DNA of 64,000 nucleotides from Candidatus Eiseniibacteriota bacterium. GTDB taxonomy: Bacteria > Eisenbacteria > RBG-16-71-46. This document shows positions 39,545-48,627 of the stretch, piece by piece (position 1 is the first letter of the stretch; every line of letters starts with the position of its first letter). The DNA is taken from NCBI GenBank assembly GCA_963744995.1, contig CAVUWA010000005.1, positions 160,001-224,000 of the forward strand, written 5' to 3'. The notes beneath the pieces are model-generated. The model made no database searches, was not told the DNA's origin, and saw only the letters and a list, made by a program, of their open reading frames with translations. A program made the translations under genes and the position numbers.

Positions 39545-40835
39545 GGTGCACCTCGGGCAGCGCCGGCAGCGCCGGCGCGACACCGTTGCCGTTGGCCGCG
39601 GGTTCACCGGCCGCAGCCGGCGCGAGATCCGTTCGCCCGCGGCGGGCGGCCGCAGCGAGCGGCAGCCCGAAGAGGCGGATGAAGCCCTCGGCGTGCGTGG
39701 CGTCGTAGCCGGTCATGTCGAACGAGGCCAGCTCGCTCTGGTAGAGCGACTGCGGGCTCGTGCGCGCAACGGCACGCGCCTGCCCCTGGAACAGCTCCAC
39801 CGTCACCTCGCCCGTCACGGTCTGCATCGCGGTGTCGAAGAACGCCTGCAGCGCCCGCCGCAGCGGCGAGAACCACAGCCCGTCGTAGACGAGATCCGCG
39901 TAGCGGGGCGCCAGCTCGGCGCGGGCGCGCAGCACGTCGTGCGTGAGCGTCAGCCGGCACAGATCCTCGAGCGCCTCGTACAGCACCGTGCCCCCGGGGG
40001 TCTCGTATACGCCGCGCGACTTCATGCCGACGCGGCGGCTCTCGACGATGTCCACGCGGCCGACGCCGTGCCGGCCGGCGATCCCGTTGAGCGCGGCGAG
40101 CAGCGCGGCCGGGTCGAGCGCCTGTCCGTTCACCCGCACCGGACGTCCGCCTTCGAATGCGAGCGTCACGATCTCGGGCAGCGCCGGCCGCCGCTCGATG
40201 CCGGCGGTCAGCCGGTAGAGCGGCTCCGCTGGCGCGAGCCCCGGATCCTCGAGCGGACCGCCCTCGTGCGAGATGTGCAGCAGATTGGCGTCGCGCGAGT
40301 AGAGATCGGACCGGGTCTGCAGCACCTGGATCCCGTGGCGCTCGGCGTAGGCGAGCGCGTCCTCGCGCGAGACGATGTCCCACTCGCGCCACGGCGCGAT
40401 CACCCTGAGCCCGGGCGCCAGCGCCATGAACGCCAGTTCGAAACGCACCTGGTCGTTGCCCTTGCCGGTACAGCCGTGCGCGAGCGCGTCGGCGCCGGTG
40501 CGCTCGGCGCACCACACCTGCCGTGACGCGATCAGCGGCCTGGCGATCGCGGTGCCGAGCATGTAGCGGCCCTCGTAGAGCGCCCCCGCGCGCAGCATCG
40601 GGAACACGAAGTCACGCACGAACGGCAGCTTGAGGTCCTCGACCACGACCTCGTTCGCGCCGATCTCGCGGGCACGGGCTTCGAGCCCGTCGAGCTCGGC
40701 GCCCTGGCCGACGTCCGAGCAGTAGCACACGACTTCGCAGCCGTAGTGCTCCTTCAGCCACGGGACGATGATGCTGGTATCGAGTCCGCCCGAATAGGCG
40801 AGTACGGCCTTCTGGACCGGCGTTCCGTTCTTCAA
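39534..40835 (-). CDS. argG: Argininosuccinate synthase
   Basis: LAYSGGLDTS, HGCTGKGNDQVRFE, GMKSRGVYETPG. Confidence 0.96.
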   Translation of the reverse strand: MKNGTPVQKAVLAYSGGLDTSIIVPWLKEHYGCEVVCYCSDVGQGAELDGLEARAREIGANEVVVEDLKLPFVRDFVFPMLRAGALYEGRYMLGTAIARPLIASRQVWCAERTGADALAHGCTGKGNDQVRFELAFMALAPGLRVIAPWREWDIVSREDALAYAERHGIQVLQTRSDLYSRDANLLHISHEGGPLEDPGLAPAEPLYRLTAGIERRPALPEIVTLAFEGGRPVRVNGQALDPAALLAALNGIAGRHGVGRVDIVESRRVGMKSRGVYETPGGTVLYEALEDLCRLTLTHDVLRARAELAPRYADLVYDGLWFSPLRRALQAFFDTAMQTVTGEVTVELFQGQARAVARTSPQSLYQSELASFDMTGYDATHAEGFIRLFGLPLAAAARRGRTDLAPAAAGEPAANGNGVAPALPALPEVHHAG

Positions 40836-40850
40836 CTGCGTTCCCTTTCC

Positions 40851-42074
40851 TTATTGGAGCGACTGGAGCGCCCGATCGAGGCGCCCGATGGCTTCCTGGA
40901 TCTCGTCCGCCGTGACCGTGAGCGGGGGCAGCAGCCGCACCGCACGCTCGCCGCCGCGCACCACCAGCAGGCCGTGTGCGCGCGCCGCCCCGACCAGGGC
41001 GGCGACGTCGAACGGCGCCTCCGCGGCCACGTCCACGGCGCGCAGCAGGCCCAGGCCGCGCGTCGCCGCGAGCGACGGGTGGGCGGCGACCAGCGCCGTG
41101 AGCGCGGCGTCCAGCTCGCGCGCCCGCTTGCGCACGCGGACGAGGAAGGCGGGTTTCCGGACCTTTTCGAGCACCGCGAGCGCCGCCGCGGTCGTGACCG
41201 GCCCTCCGCCGAACGTGGTGCCGTGCATGCCCGGGGCGAGCGACTTCGCGAGCGGCTCCCGGATGAGCACCGCGCCGAGCGGCAGCCCGCCGCCGAGCGC
41301 CTTGCTGAGCACGGTGAGGTCGGCGTCGACGCCGAAGTGCTGCGCGGCGAGCAGCCGGCCGCTGCGGCCCATGCCGATCTGGATCTCGTCGAAGATCAGC
41401 GGAATGCCGAGCGCCTGCGTGCGGGCGCGCAGCGCGAGCAGGAAGTCGCGGCTCGCAGGCACCGCCCCGCCTTCGCCCTGCACCGGCTCGACGACCACCG
41501 CGGCCACGTGGTCGTCGAGCACCGCGTCGAGCCCGGCGGCGTCGTTGAAGTCGGCGAAGCGCACCCCGGGAATCAGCGGCTCGAACGGTCTGCGGTAGGA
41601 CGGCGTCCAGGTGAGCGACAGCGCAAAGCCGGTGCGGCCGTGGAACCCGCCGCGGAAGGCGACCAGGTCACGTCCCGCGCGGCCCGTCGCGCCGGCATGG
41701 GCACGGGCGAACTTGACCGCGGCCTCGATCCCTTCCGTGCCGCTGTTGCAGAAGAACACCCGGTCGTAGCCGGTCGCGTCCTCGAGCGCCGCCGCCAGCG
41801 CCAGCGCCGGACCTGTCGCGAACAGGTTCGAGACGTGGACGAGCTCGCGCATCTGTCTGGACACCGCGCGCGCGACTGCCGGCGCCGCATGACCGAGCGC
41901 GTTCACCGCGATGCCGCTCACGAAGTCCAGATAGGTCCTGCCGTGCGCGTCGGTCACCCGTGCGCCGCGCCCCGTCACCAGCTCGAGCCGCGGAAACGCG
42001 TAGGTCGGCGCGAACAGCCCGGCCTCGCCTGCAGCCAGCACCTGCGGCTCGGCGCGCTCGATGGTGTCAGGCAT
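40851..42074 (-). CDS. argD: Acetylornithine aminotransferase
   Basis: FFCNSGTE, FHGRT, EPVQGEGG, FDEIQIGMGRSG, SKALGGG, HGTTFGG; arg operon context. Confidence 0.9.
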   Translation of the reverse strand: MPDTIERAEPQVLAAGEAGLFAPTYAFPRLELVTGRGARVTDAHGRTYLDFVSGIAVNALGHAAPAVARAVSRQMRELVHVSNLFATGPALALAAALEDATGYDRVFFCNSGTEGIEAAVKFARAHAGATGRAGRDLVAFRGGFHGRTGFALSLTWTPSYRRPFEPLIPGVRFADFNDAAGLDAVLDDHVAAVVVEPVQGEGGAVPASRDFLLALRARTQALGIPLIFDEIQIGMGRSGRLLAAQHFGVDADLTVLSKALGGGLPLGAVLIREPLAKSLAPGMHGTTFGGGPVTTAAALAVLEKVRKPAFLVRVRKRARELDAALTALVAAHPSLAATRGLGLLRAVDVAAEAPFDVAALVGAARAHGLLVVRGGERAVRLLPPLTVTADEIQEAIGRLDRALQSLQ

Positions 42075-42939
42075 GCGCGCTCCCCTCCCGTCCGGCGGCA
42101 AGCAGCGCCGCGAGCGTCCCCGGCCCGCGCCAGGCGGCGATCCACGCGACGCCGGCGCCGGCAGCGACGGCGGCACGCGCGGCGCGCAGCTTCACCCGCA
42201 TGCCGCCCGCGACGTCGGCGCCGGCGAGTGCGTCGTCCACCGCGTCCGCGTCGAGCACCTTCACCGTTTCGCCCGCGAGCCTCACGCCGGGCGCGTCGCT
42301 CAGCAGCACCAGCGACTCGGCGCCGAGCGCTCCCGCGATCGCGGCCGCGACGTCGTCCGCGTTCAGGTTGAGCAGCGCCCCGTCGCACGCGCCGATGCTG
42401 GCCACGACCGGGAGGAGCCCCGCGGCGAGCCAGGCGCGCAGCCGCGCGCCGTCCACCGACTCCACCTCGCCCACGTGGCCGAGCCGGGCGGCGCCCGCGT
42501 GCGGGCGTGCCTGCACGATGCCGCCGTCGAGCGCGGCGATGCCGAGCGCATCGAGCCGGGCGGCGCGCAGCGCGGCAACCAGGCGCTTGTTGGCGAGCCC
42601 GGCCAGCACCGCCGTCGCGACCTCCAGCGCCCCCGCGTCGGTCACGCGCAGACCGTCGTCGAAGCGGGATTCGATTCCGAGCCGCCGGCACCAGGTGCTG
42701 ACCTCGGTGCCGCCGCCGTGGACCAGCACGGCGTGTCCGGCGCAGCCGGCGAGCTCCGCGGCCAGCTCGGCAAGCGCCCCCGGCGCCTCGAGCGAGCGGC
42801 CGCCCAGCTTGATCACGACCGTGGCCGCGACGCCGTGCGGACGGGCGGGGCGGCCGACGATCGCGGTGCCGGGAAGCGCGCCACCGGTCTCCGCTGCGCC
42901 GACGGCGTCCCCTTCGACGCGGGTCCCCGCCGACGTCAC
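42067..42939 (-). CDS. argB: Acetylglutamate kinase
   Basis: VIKLGG, VHGGG, GLRVTD, NLNADD, GGMRVK. Confidence 0.92.
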   Translation of the reverse strand: MTSAGTRVEGDAVGAAETGGALPGTAIVGRPARPHGVAATVVIKLGGRSLEAPGALAELAAELAGCAGHAVLVHGGGTEVSTWCRRLGIESRFDDGLRVTDAGALEVATAVLAGLANKRLVAALRAARLDALGIAALDGGIVQARPHAGAARLGHVGEVESVDGARLRAWLAAGLLPVVASIGACDGALLNLNADDVAAAIAGALGAESLVLLSDAPGVRLAGETVKVLDADAVDDALAGADVAGGMRVKLRAARAAVAAGAGVAWIAAWRGPGTLAALLAAGREGSAHA

Positions 42940-44046
42940 CAGGGGTTCCCGTTCAGCGGCAGGCCCCAGTCCTCGGGCCAGCCGAGCTGCAGGTTCAGAT
43001 TCTGCACCGCCTGACCCGCCGCGCCCTTCACCAGATTGTCGATGGCGGCCATCGCGACCAGCGTGCGGCCGCCGTGCACCGTGGTGACCCCGACGTCGGC
43101 GCGGTTGGAGCCGCGCACGCTGCGCGTTTCGGGGAACGCACCGGCGGGCAGCACGCGCACGAACGTTTCGTCGGCGTAGCGGGCCTCGTACAGCGCCTGC
43201 GCCTGATCAGGGCGCCAGCGGCGTCGCGAGCTCGACCACGGCGGTGAGCAGAATGCCGCGCGCCATCGGGGCGAGCTGCGGCGCGAACGCGGCGGCCACC
43301 GGCGTGCCGGCGAGCCGGGTGAGCGTGCGCGACATTTCGGCCACGTGCGCATGGGTCTCGCCCACGTGGTAGAACGCCGCGCCGCCGTCGAGCTCGACGA
43401 ACGAGGTGCGCAGGGCCGGCGCACGCCCGGCGCCGCTCACCCCCGAGAGCGCGGTGATCGTCACGCGCTCGGCGAGCGTCCCGGCCGCTGCGACCGGCAG
43501 CAGCGCCAGCGCCGCTGCGGTCGGATAGCAGCCCGGGTTGGCGATGCGCGTCGCGCCCGCGATCTCGTCACGGAACGCCTCCGGCAGGCCGTACGCGTAG
43601 CCGTTCGCGCCGTCCCTGTGGTCGGACGAGAGGTCCAGGATCCGCGGAAGGCCGTCGCCGATCGCCGGGTGGCGCCGGATGAACTCGGCGAACCCGCCGT
43701 GCGGCAGGCAGCTCACCAGCGTGTCGAATGCGCCCGCTGCGAAGAGATCCGCGAGCGCGTCCGGGTGCGCGACGTGCGGCAGCGCCGCATGGCGCGGATC
43801 GAATCCGGGCAGCAGGTCGGCGCCGGCGCGTCCGGCCTGCTCGCGCGAAACCAGCACCGCCAGGGAGAGCCCCGGGTGCGCGAGCGTGAGCCGTGCGAAC
43901 TCCTGCCCCGCGTACCCGCTCGCGCCCAGCACCGCGACGTGCGCGTGGAGGCGTGGCCCGACGAACGGCAGCGAACCGGACACTGCGTGCGGCTGGCGGT
44001 CCGCCCGGACAGCCGGGGTTTCGCGGGTGGTCGGAACGGCGCTCAT
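42936..44046 (-). pseudogene. argC: N-acetyl-gamma-glutamyl-phosphate reductase split by a single-base frameshift near 43210
   Basis: The 5' part ([26 protein letters not shown]) stops at TGA 43207-43209. The 3' part ([22 protein letters not shown]) continues in the +1 frame to 42936. Confidence 0.88.
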
Positions 44047-44513
44047 TTGGCGACCCCCTTCGCGGCGATGGATTCCAGCCGGCGCTTGAGGCGGTTCGCC
44101 GCCTTCTGATCCGGCATCACGATCAGCACCGTGTCATCGCCCGCCACGGTGCCCACCACGTCTTCGAACTCGGCCATGTCCAGCGCGCGGCCCACGCCGT
44201 TCGCGTGACCGGGCGGCGTGCGCACGACCACGAGGTTCTGCGCGACCCGGATCTCGTTGACGAACGCCTTGAGGTCCAGCCACTGGCGCTCCCGATCGAA
44301 CGCCTCCGTCGCCGGCGCCGGCAGCACGTAGACCGCGCGTCCCTGCGCGTCGGGCCGCTTGCCGACCCCGAGGCTGTTGAGGTCGCGCGACAGCGTCGCC
44401 TGCGTGACCGGGTGGCCCTCGGCCGCCAGCGCGCGCGCCAGCGCCTCCTGGCTGTGGAAGGGCTTCCCTCCCAGCAGGCGGGCGATCACGGCGAGGCGGC
44501 GCGGACGGGTCAT
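44043..44513 (-). CDS. argR: Arginine repressor
   Basis: SQEAL, VTQATLSRDL, VRTPPGHA, GTVAGDDT; ATG at 44513 after AGGAG. Confidence 0.95.
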   Translation of the reverse strand: MTRPRRLAVIARLLGGKPFHSQEALARALAAEGHPVTQATLSRDLNSLGVGKRPDAQGRAVYVLPAPATEAFDRERQWLDLKAFVNEIRVAQNLVVVRTPPGHANGVGRALDMAEFEDVVGTVAGDDTVLIVMPDQKAANRLKRRLESIAAKGVAK

Positions 44514-44539
44514 GCGGCATCTCCTAGGGTCGGGGCGGT

Positions 44540-44592
44540 CTTGCATAAATATGCGAGTTGGTGAATAAACAACATCCCCCGGCCGGCGTCAA
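44540..44592 (-). promoter_or_regulatory. Tandem ARG boxes overlapping a sigma70 promoter
   Basis: TGCATAAATATGCG (44542-44555) and TGAATAAACAACAT (44562-44575), 20 bp apart. Minus strand TTGACG-N17-TTTATT. Confidence 0.8.
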
Positions 44593-44706
44593 TGCGAAAT
44601 CGAGGGCGCGAAGGAACGGGCGCCCGCCGGCGCAGGGCGTGGAGGCAGGGGCGCCCCGCCGGCGCCGGTGGCAACCCCATGGCGGGCGGGCCGGCGCGCC
44701 GCCGGC

Positions 44707-45915
44707 TCAGCGGACCCGGTGTTCGATCCGGGCGACCTCGGTGCGGCGCGGATAGCGGCCGAGGTGGTGATACTCGGCGTTGGCGTCGCTGATGCGCTCG
44801 TTGACCGCGCTCGCGACCAGCCGGTGGGCGCCCGCCGGGACGCGGTAGCCGAGGGTGACGGTCACCGAATCGCCGGGTGCGAGGCGGGTATCGCCGAGCT
44901 TCTTCGCCACCGGGTACCACTGCCAGCGCTGCGCGATCCGGTGCCGGGTCACGGCGAGCGTGTCGCCGTCCGCACCGATCGCGGCGAGGGTGACGATCAC
45001 CGCCCGCTCGGGATCGCCGGTCGGCAGCATGTGGCCGGCGTTCGCGTTGCGCGCCGTGACGCGCCACACGGCGCGCTCCCCGGGCCGCGTCCGCGGCGCG
45101 GGCGCGGCCTCGAGCGCGATCCCCGGCGGGATGAGCGCCGCGAGCGAATCCCACAGCGCGCGATCCGGCTCGCCGCCCTTCGGCAGCCTGCTGCCGATCC
45201 AGCTGTGGTGGCGCGCCGCCCGCACCGGCCCGTGCGGCACCAGCGGCCGCTCGATTCGCGGCATGTGGCAGTCCTGGCAGATCTTCCCCTGCCTGGCGTA
45301 CGGACCGGCGCGCCACTCGTCGCCCGTCTGGAACACGCACACGAAAGACTGGCCCGGGAAGACCATCTCCGCCTGATGGCAGCGCTCACAGATCGCGGTC
45401 GTCCTGAGCGTCGTGTCGCGGCGCACCGCGTGCGGCGCCCGCGTGTTGCCCCACGGGCCGATCACGGCGCCGTCGCGAACGTGACAGGCGGCGCAGGTGA
45501 TGCCTTCCCGGCGCAGCGCAGGATCCCACGCGCGGTTCGCGCGGCGGCGCGGATGCGCGACGTCGCCGCCCGCCAGGGCGACGACCAGCGAATCGAGCTG
45601 GTTCTCGAGCGGCGTGTGGCAGTTGATGCACATCCAGCCGACGGCGGGCTGCTTGTGGAGTTCGGCCTGGAACTGCGGGTCGGTCCAGGCCTGTGCATGC
45701 ACGGACTGGCGCCACTCACGATAGATCGCCACATGACAGGCCCCGCACGAGGCGGCCGACAGCGATCCGAGCCCGCGCGGCACGCGCTGCAGCGGCACCG
45801 GCCGCTCGAGCGGAGGCCGGGTCGCATAGAAATCGGCGGGCGCCTGGCGGTCCGCCGCATGCGGGCCCGCGACGGCCGCGAGCGCCGCCAGAGTCACAAT
45901 CGAAAGGCTGCGCAT
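44707..45915 (-). CDS. Secreted multiheme c-type cytochrome (5 CxxCH)
   Basis: Signal peptide; CGACH, CINCH, CAACH, CERCH, CQDCH; NANAGHMLPTGD. Confidence 0.88.
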   Translation of the reverse strand: MRSLSIVTLAALAAVAGPHAADRQAPADFYATRPPLERPVPLQRVPRGLGSLSAASCGACHVAIYREWRQSVHAQAWTDPQFQAELHKQPAVGWMCINCHTPLENQLDSLVVALAGGDVAHPRRRANRAWDPALRREGITCAACHVRDGAVIGPWGNTRAPHAVRRDTTLRTTAICERCHQAEMVFPGQSFVCVFQTGDEWRAGPYARQGKICQDCHMPRIERPLVPHGPVRAARHHSWIGSRLPKGGEPDRALWDSLAALIPPGIALEAAPAPRTRPGERAVWRVTARNANAGHMLPTGDPERAVIVTLAAIGADGDTLAVTRHRIAQRWQWYPVAKKLGDTRLAPGDSVTVTLGYRVPAGAHRLVASAVNERISDANAEYHHLGRYPRRTEVARIEHRVR

Positions 45916-46282
45916 GGGTTCTGGAATCCTGACTTTGTTCAGCTTCACGATACACGTGCCCTGCACTCAACGAAACCCGCGCGGCGCGCGCTATGGCCTT
46001 GACGGGGCCTCGATCGTGGCGCAGGTTCCCCGTTGTTCCCCGGCACCAATCGACGCGGACGGATCCACGTCGGATCCGGAGACCATACGGCGGGGCCGCA
46101 TCCACAGGGACGCACCCATGAACCGCTCACCCCCAGGTTTCTGTTCTCCCCCACCGAACCCGCTTGCCCGGGTTCCTGCAGCGATCTGCCCTTGAGACGA
46201 GTCCCCCCTCCGTGCCCCGTCATGCTCGCCGGGCCCGGCTGCCGGGGGCAGACCCAGCACCTGCAAGAAGAAGGGAATCGAC

Positions 46283-47914
46283 ATGCACTTCCGGAGACTC
46301 CTGTTCACGACCGCGGCGATGATGCTCACCGCTTCGCTCGCACTTGCCCAGCCCCCGTACGTCACCCAGTGGGGCTCCCACGGTTCCGCTCCCGGCCAGT
46401 TCGACCTGCCGTGGGGGATCGCCGTCAACCCGTCGACGGGCGAGGTCTACGTCGCCGACCAGAACAACAACCGCGTCCAGGTTTTCGATCCGAACGGCGC
46501 CTTCCTGCGCCAGTTCGGCACCCAGGGCAGCGCGCCCGGCCAGTTCGACCTGCCCTACGGCATCGCCGTCGACGCGGCGGGTGATGTCTACGTGACCGAG
46601 ATGGGGAACAACCGTGTGCAGAAGCTCACGAGCACCGGCGCGCCGATCTCGATGTTCGGCTCGCTCGGCTCGGGCAACGGCCAGTTCAACACGCCTTCGG
46701 GAATCCTCGTCCACTCCTCGGGCGACATCTACGTCAGCGACGGTCTGAACCACCGCATCCAGCACTTCAGCTCCGCGGGCGCCTACCTCGGCAAGTGGGG
46801 CAGCTTCGGCAGCGGCAGCGGGCAGTTCCGCGTGCCGATGGGCCTCGCCGAGGACAGCAACGGCGCGATCTACGTCGCCGACCAGGGCAACGGCCGCGTG
46901 CAGCGCTTCAGCCCGGGCGGCTCGTTCCAGATGCAGTTCGGCACCCGCGGCTCGGCGATCGACCAGTTCGCCTTCCCGCAGGACATCGCCATCGACAGCC
47001 AGGACCACATTTACGTCACCGACATGGCCAACTACCGGGTCAAGCAGTACGACACCCTCGGCGCCCTGGTGGTGACCTGGGGCTCGATGGGCAGCGGCGA
47101 CGGTCAGTTCAACTGGCCCCTCGGCATCGATGTGGACGCGAACGGCGACGTCTACGTGTCGGAGCTCGACAACAGCCGCGTGCAGCGATTCGGCGCCGGC
47201 GGGTGCAGCGGCAACTGTCCGCCCGCGGCGCTCGCGCCCGTTCAGGCATACGTGGACATCGTGCCGGGGACCTACCCCAACATCATCCAGCCGACGTCGA
47301 ACGCCCCGGTCGCGGTGGCCCTGCTCGGCGGCGTGAACTTCAACGTGAACCGCATCCGCACCGCGTCGATCACCCTCAACGGCCGCAAGCCCTACCTGAT
47401 GGCGATCGGCGACGTCGGAACGTCACTCCAGCAGACGGACCAGTGCCACATGACCGATCTCGGCGCGGACGGCTTCGACGACGTCATCTTCAAGTTCCGC
47501 ACCGACGACATCCTCACCGCGCTGCCGAGCTGGCAGGAGGGCGAGACGCGCATGCTGACCGTGAGCGGGACGCTCGATGACGGCACGCCGTTCGCCGCCA
47601 CGGACTGTGTCGCGCTTCGCTACCAGCGCGCGGACCTGAGCCAGACCAGCATCTCCCTGGACTTCTCGGTCGCGCCGCGTGACCCGTCGCGCGCCGGGGC
47701 GCGCATTCAGTACACGGTGCCCGAGCCCGCGCGGGTGTCGTTCACCGTGTATGACGTCGGCGGACGCCGCCTGTCGACCCTGCTCGACGAATGGAGCCCG
47801 CAGGGCGGCCACGTGCTCGACTGGGATTCGGGCGCGCTGCCGAGCGGCGTGTACTTCATCCGCATGGATGCGGGCGAGAAGACGGTGGTGCGGCGGATCG
47901 CGCTGCAGCGCTGA
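46283..47914 (+). CDS. Secreted NHL-repeat beta-propeller protein with T9SS type-A-like CTD
   Basis: Six GQFxxPxGIAVD..VYVxD..NxRVQ repeats; C-terminus VYDVGGRR...LPSGVYFIRM...RRIALQR. Confidence 0.9.
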   Translation: MHFRRLLFTTAAMMLTASLALAQPPYVTQWGSHGSAPGQFDLPWGIAVNPSTGEVYVADQNNNRVQVFDPNGAFLRQFGTQGSAPGQFDLPYGIAVDAAGDVYVTEMGNNRVQKLTSTGAPISMFGSLGSGNGQFNTPSGILVHSSGDIYVSDGLNHRIQHFSSAGAYLGKWGSFGSGSGQFRVPMGLAEDSNGAIYVADQGNGRVQRFSPGGSFQMQFGTRGSAIDQFAFPQDIAIDSQDHIYVTDMANYRVKQYDTLGALVVTWGSMGSGDGQFNWPLGIDVDANGDVYVSELDNSRVQRFGAGGCSGNCPPAALAPVQAYVDIVPGTYPNIIQPTSNAPVAVALLGGVNFNVNRIRTASITLNGRKPYLMAIGDVGTSLQQTDQCHMTDLGADGFDDVIFKFRTDDILTALPSWQEGETRMLTVSGTLDDGTPFAATDCVALRYQRADLSQTSISLDFSVAPRDPSRAGARIQYTVPEPARVSFTVYDVGGRRLSTLLDEWSPQGGHVLDWDSGALPSGVYFIRMDAGEKTVVRRIALQR

Positions 47915-47936
47915 CGGCTCCGACACGCCAGGACGT

Positions 47937-47971
47937 GCAGATGGCCGGCCCTCCACGGGCCGGCCGTCCGC
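47937..47971. terminator. GC-rich hairpin between convergent genes
   Basis: GATGGCCGGCCC-TCCAC-GGGCCGGCCGTC inverted repeat just after the NHL gene stop; no U-tract. Confidence 0.5.
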
Positions 47972-48061
47972 GCCTGGGGCCGGGCCGGACCGACACCGTG
48001 GACCGGCGCCGGCGCGCCCCGGACCGCTCCCGCCTTTCTGCGCTCCGCAGCGGCGCGGACG

Positions 48062-48421
48062 CTACGGCTTCGGCAGGATTTCCAGCGTGTCGGGCCGGTT
48101 GGGCACGACGCAGAGGAATTCGAAGCGCTCCTCGCCGAGCACCTGGTACCAATGCGGCGTGCCGGCCGGAATGAACACCACGTCGCCCTGCATGACTTCG
48201 GTGACCTCGTCGCCGATGCCGATCTTCGCGCGGCCCCCGAGCACGTACTGCTCGTGCTCCACGGTGTTGGTGTGGTTCGGAATCCCGCCGCCCGGCTCCA
48301 TGATGAAGCGGCGCAGCGCGAAGTTCGGTCCGACGTCGGGGCCGATCAGCACCTGGCGGCTCGTCCCGGTGCCGGCGGGCACCGGATCGGCCGGAACGTC
48401 TTTGGCGTGCCTGACCACCAT
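48062..48421 (-). CDS. Cupin domain protein
   Basis: ATG at 48421 after GGAGGAG; PNHTNTVEHEQYVL and GDVVFIPAGTPHWY. Confidence 0.88.
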   Translation of the reverse strand: MVVRHAKDVPADPVPAGTGTSRQVLIGPDVGPNFALRRFIMEPGGGIPNHTNTVEHEQYVLGGRAKIGIGDEVTEVMQGDVVFIPAGTPHWYQVLGEERFEFLCVVPNRPDTLEILPKP

Positions 48422-48576
48422 GGCTCCTCCCATGCGGAGAGCGGCGCGCGCGGGCGGCGCCGCGACCGCGGCTCCGTGTTCGCGGGCACGGCGCGTGCGC
48501 CGGAACGACGTTCCAATCTCGCGCGCACCGGATGCGCGGTCAAGTCGTGCGGGCTTCGCACGGCGCGCCGGATGCG

Positions 48577-48604
48577 AAAAGGGCCGGCGCACGGCCGGCC
48601 CCTT
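48577..48604 (-). terminator. Intrinsic terminator after the HYR/CTD gene
   Basis: Minus strand GGGCCGGC-CGTGC-GCCGGCCC followed by TTTT. Confidence 0.7.
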
Positions 48605-48627
48605 CCGCTCGATGCAGCATGCCCCCG

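Noticed and set aside
46040..46270. Short ORF (MNRSPPGF...) and TCTGCCC/GGGCAGA pairing upstream of the NHL gene
   Set aside because: No convincing RBS or recognisable RNA family; explicable by GC content.
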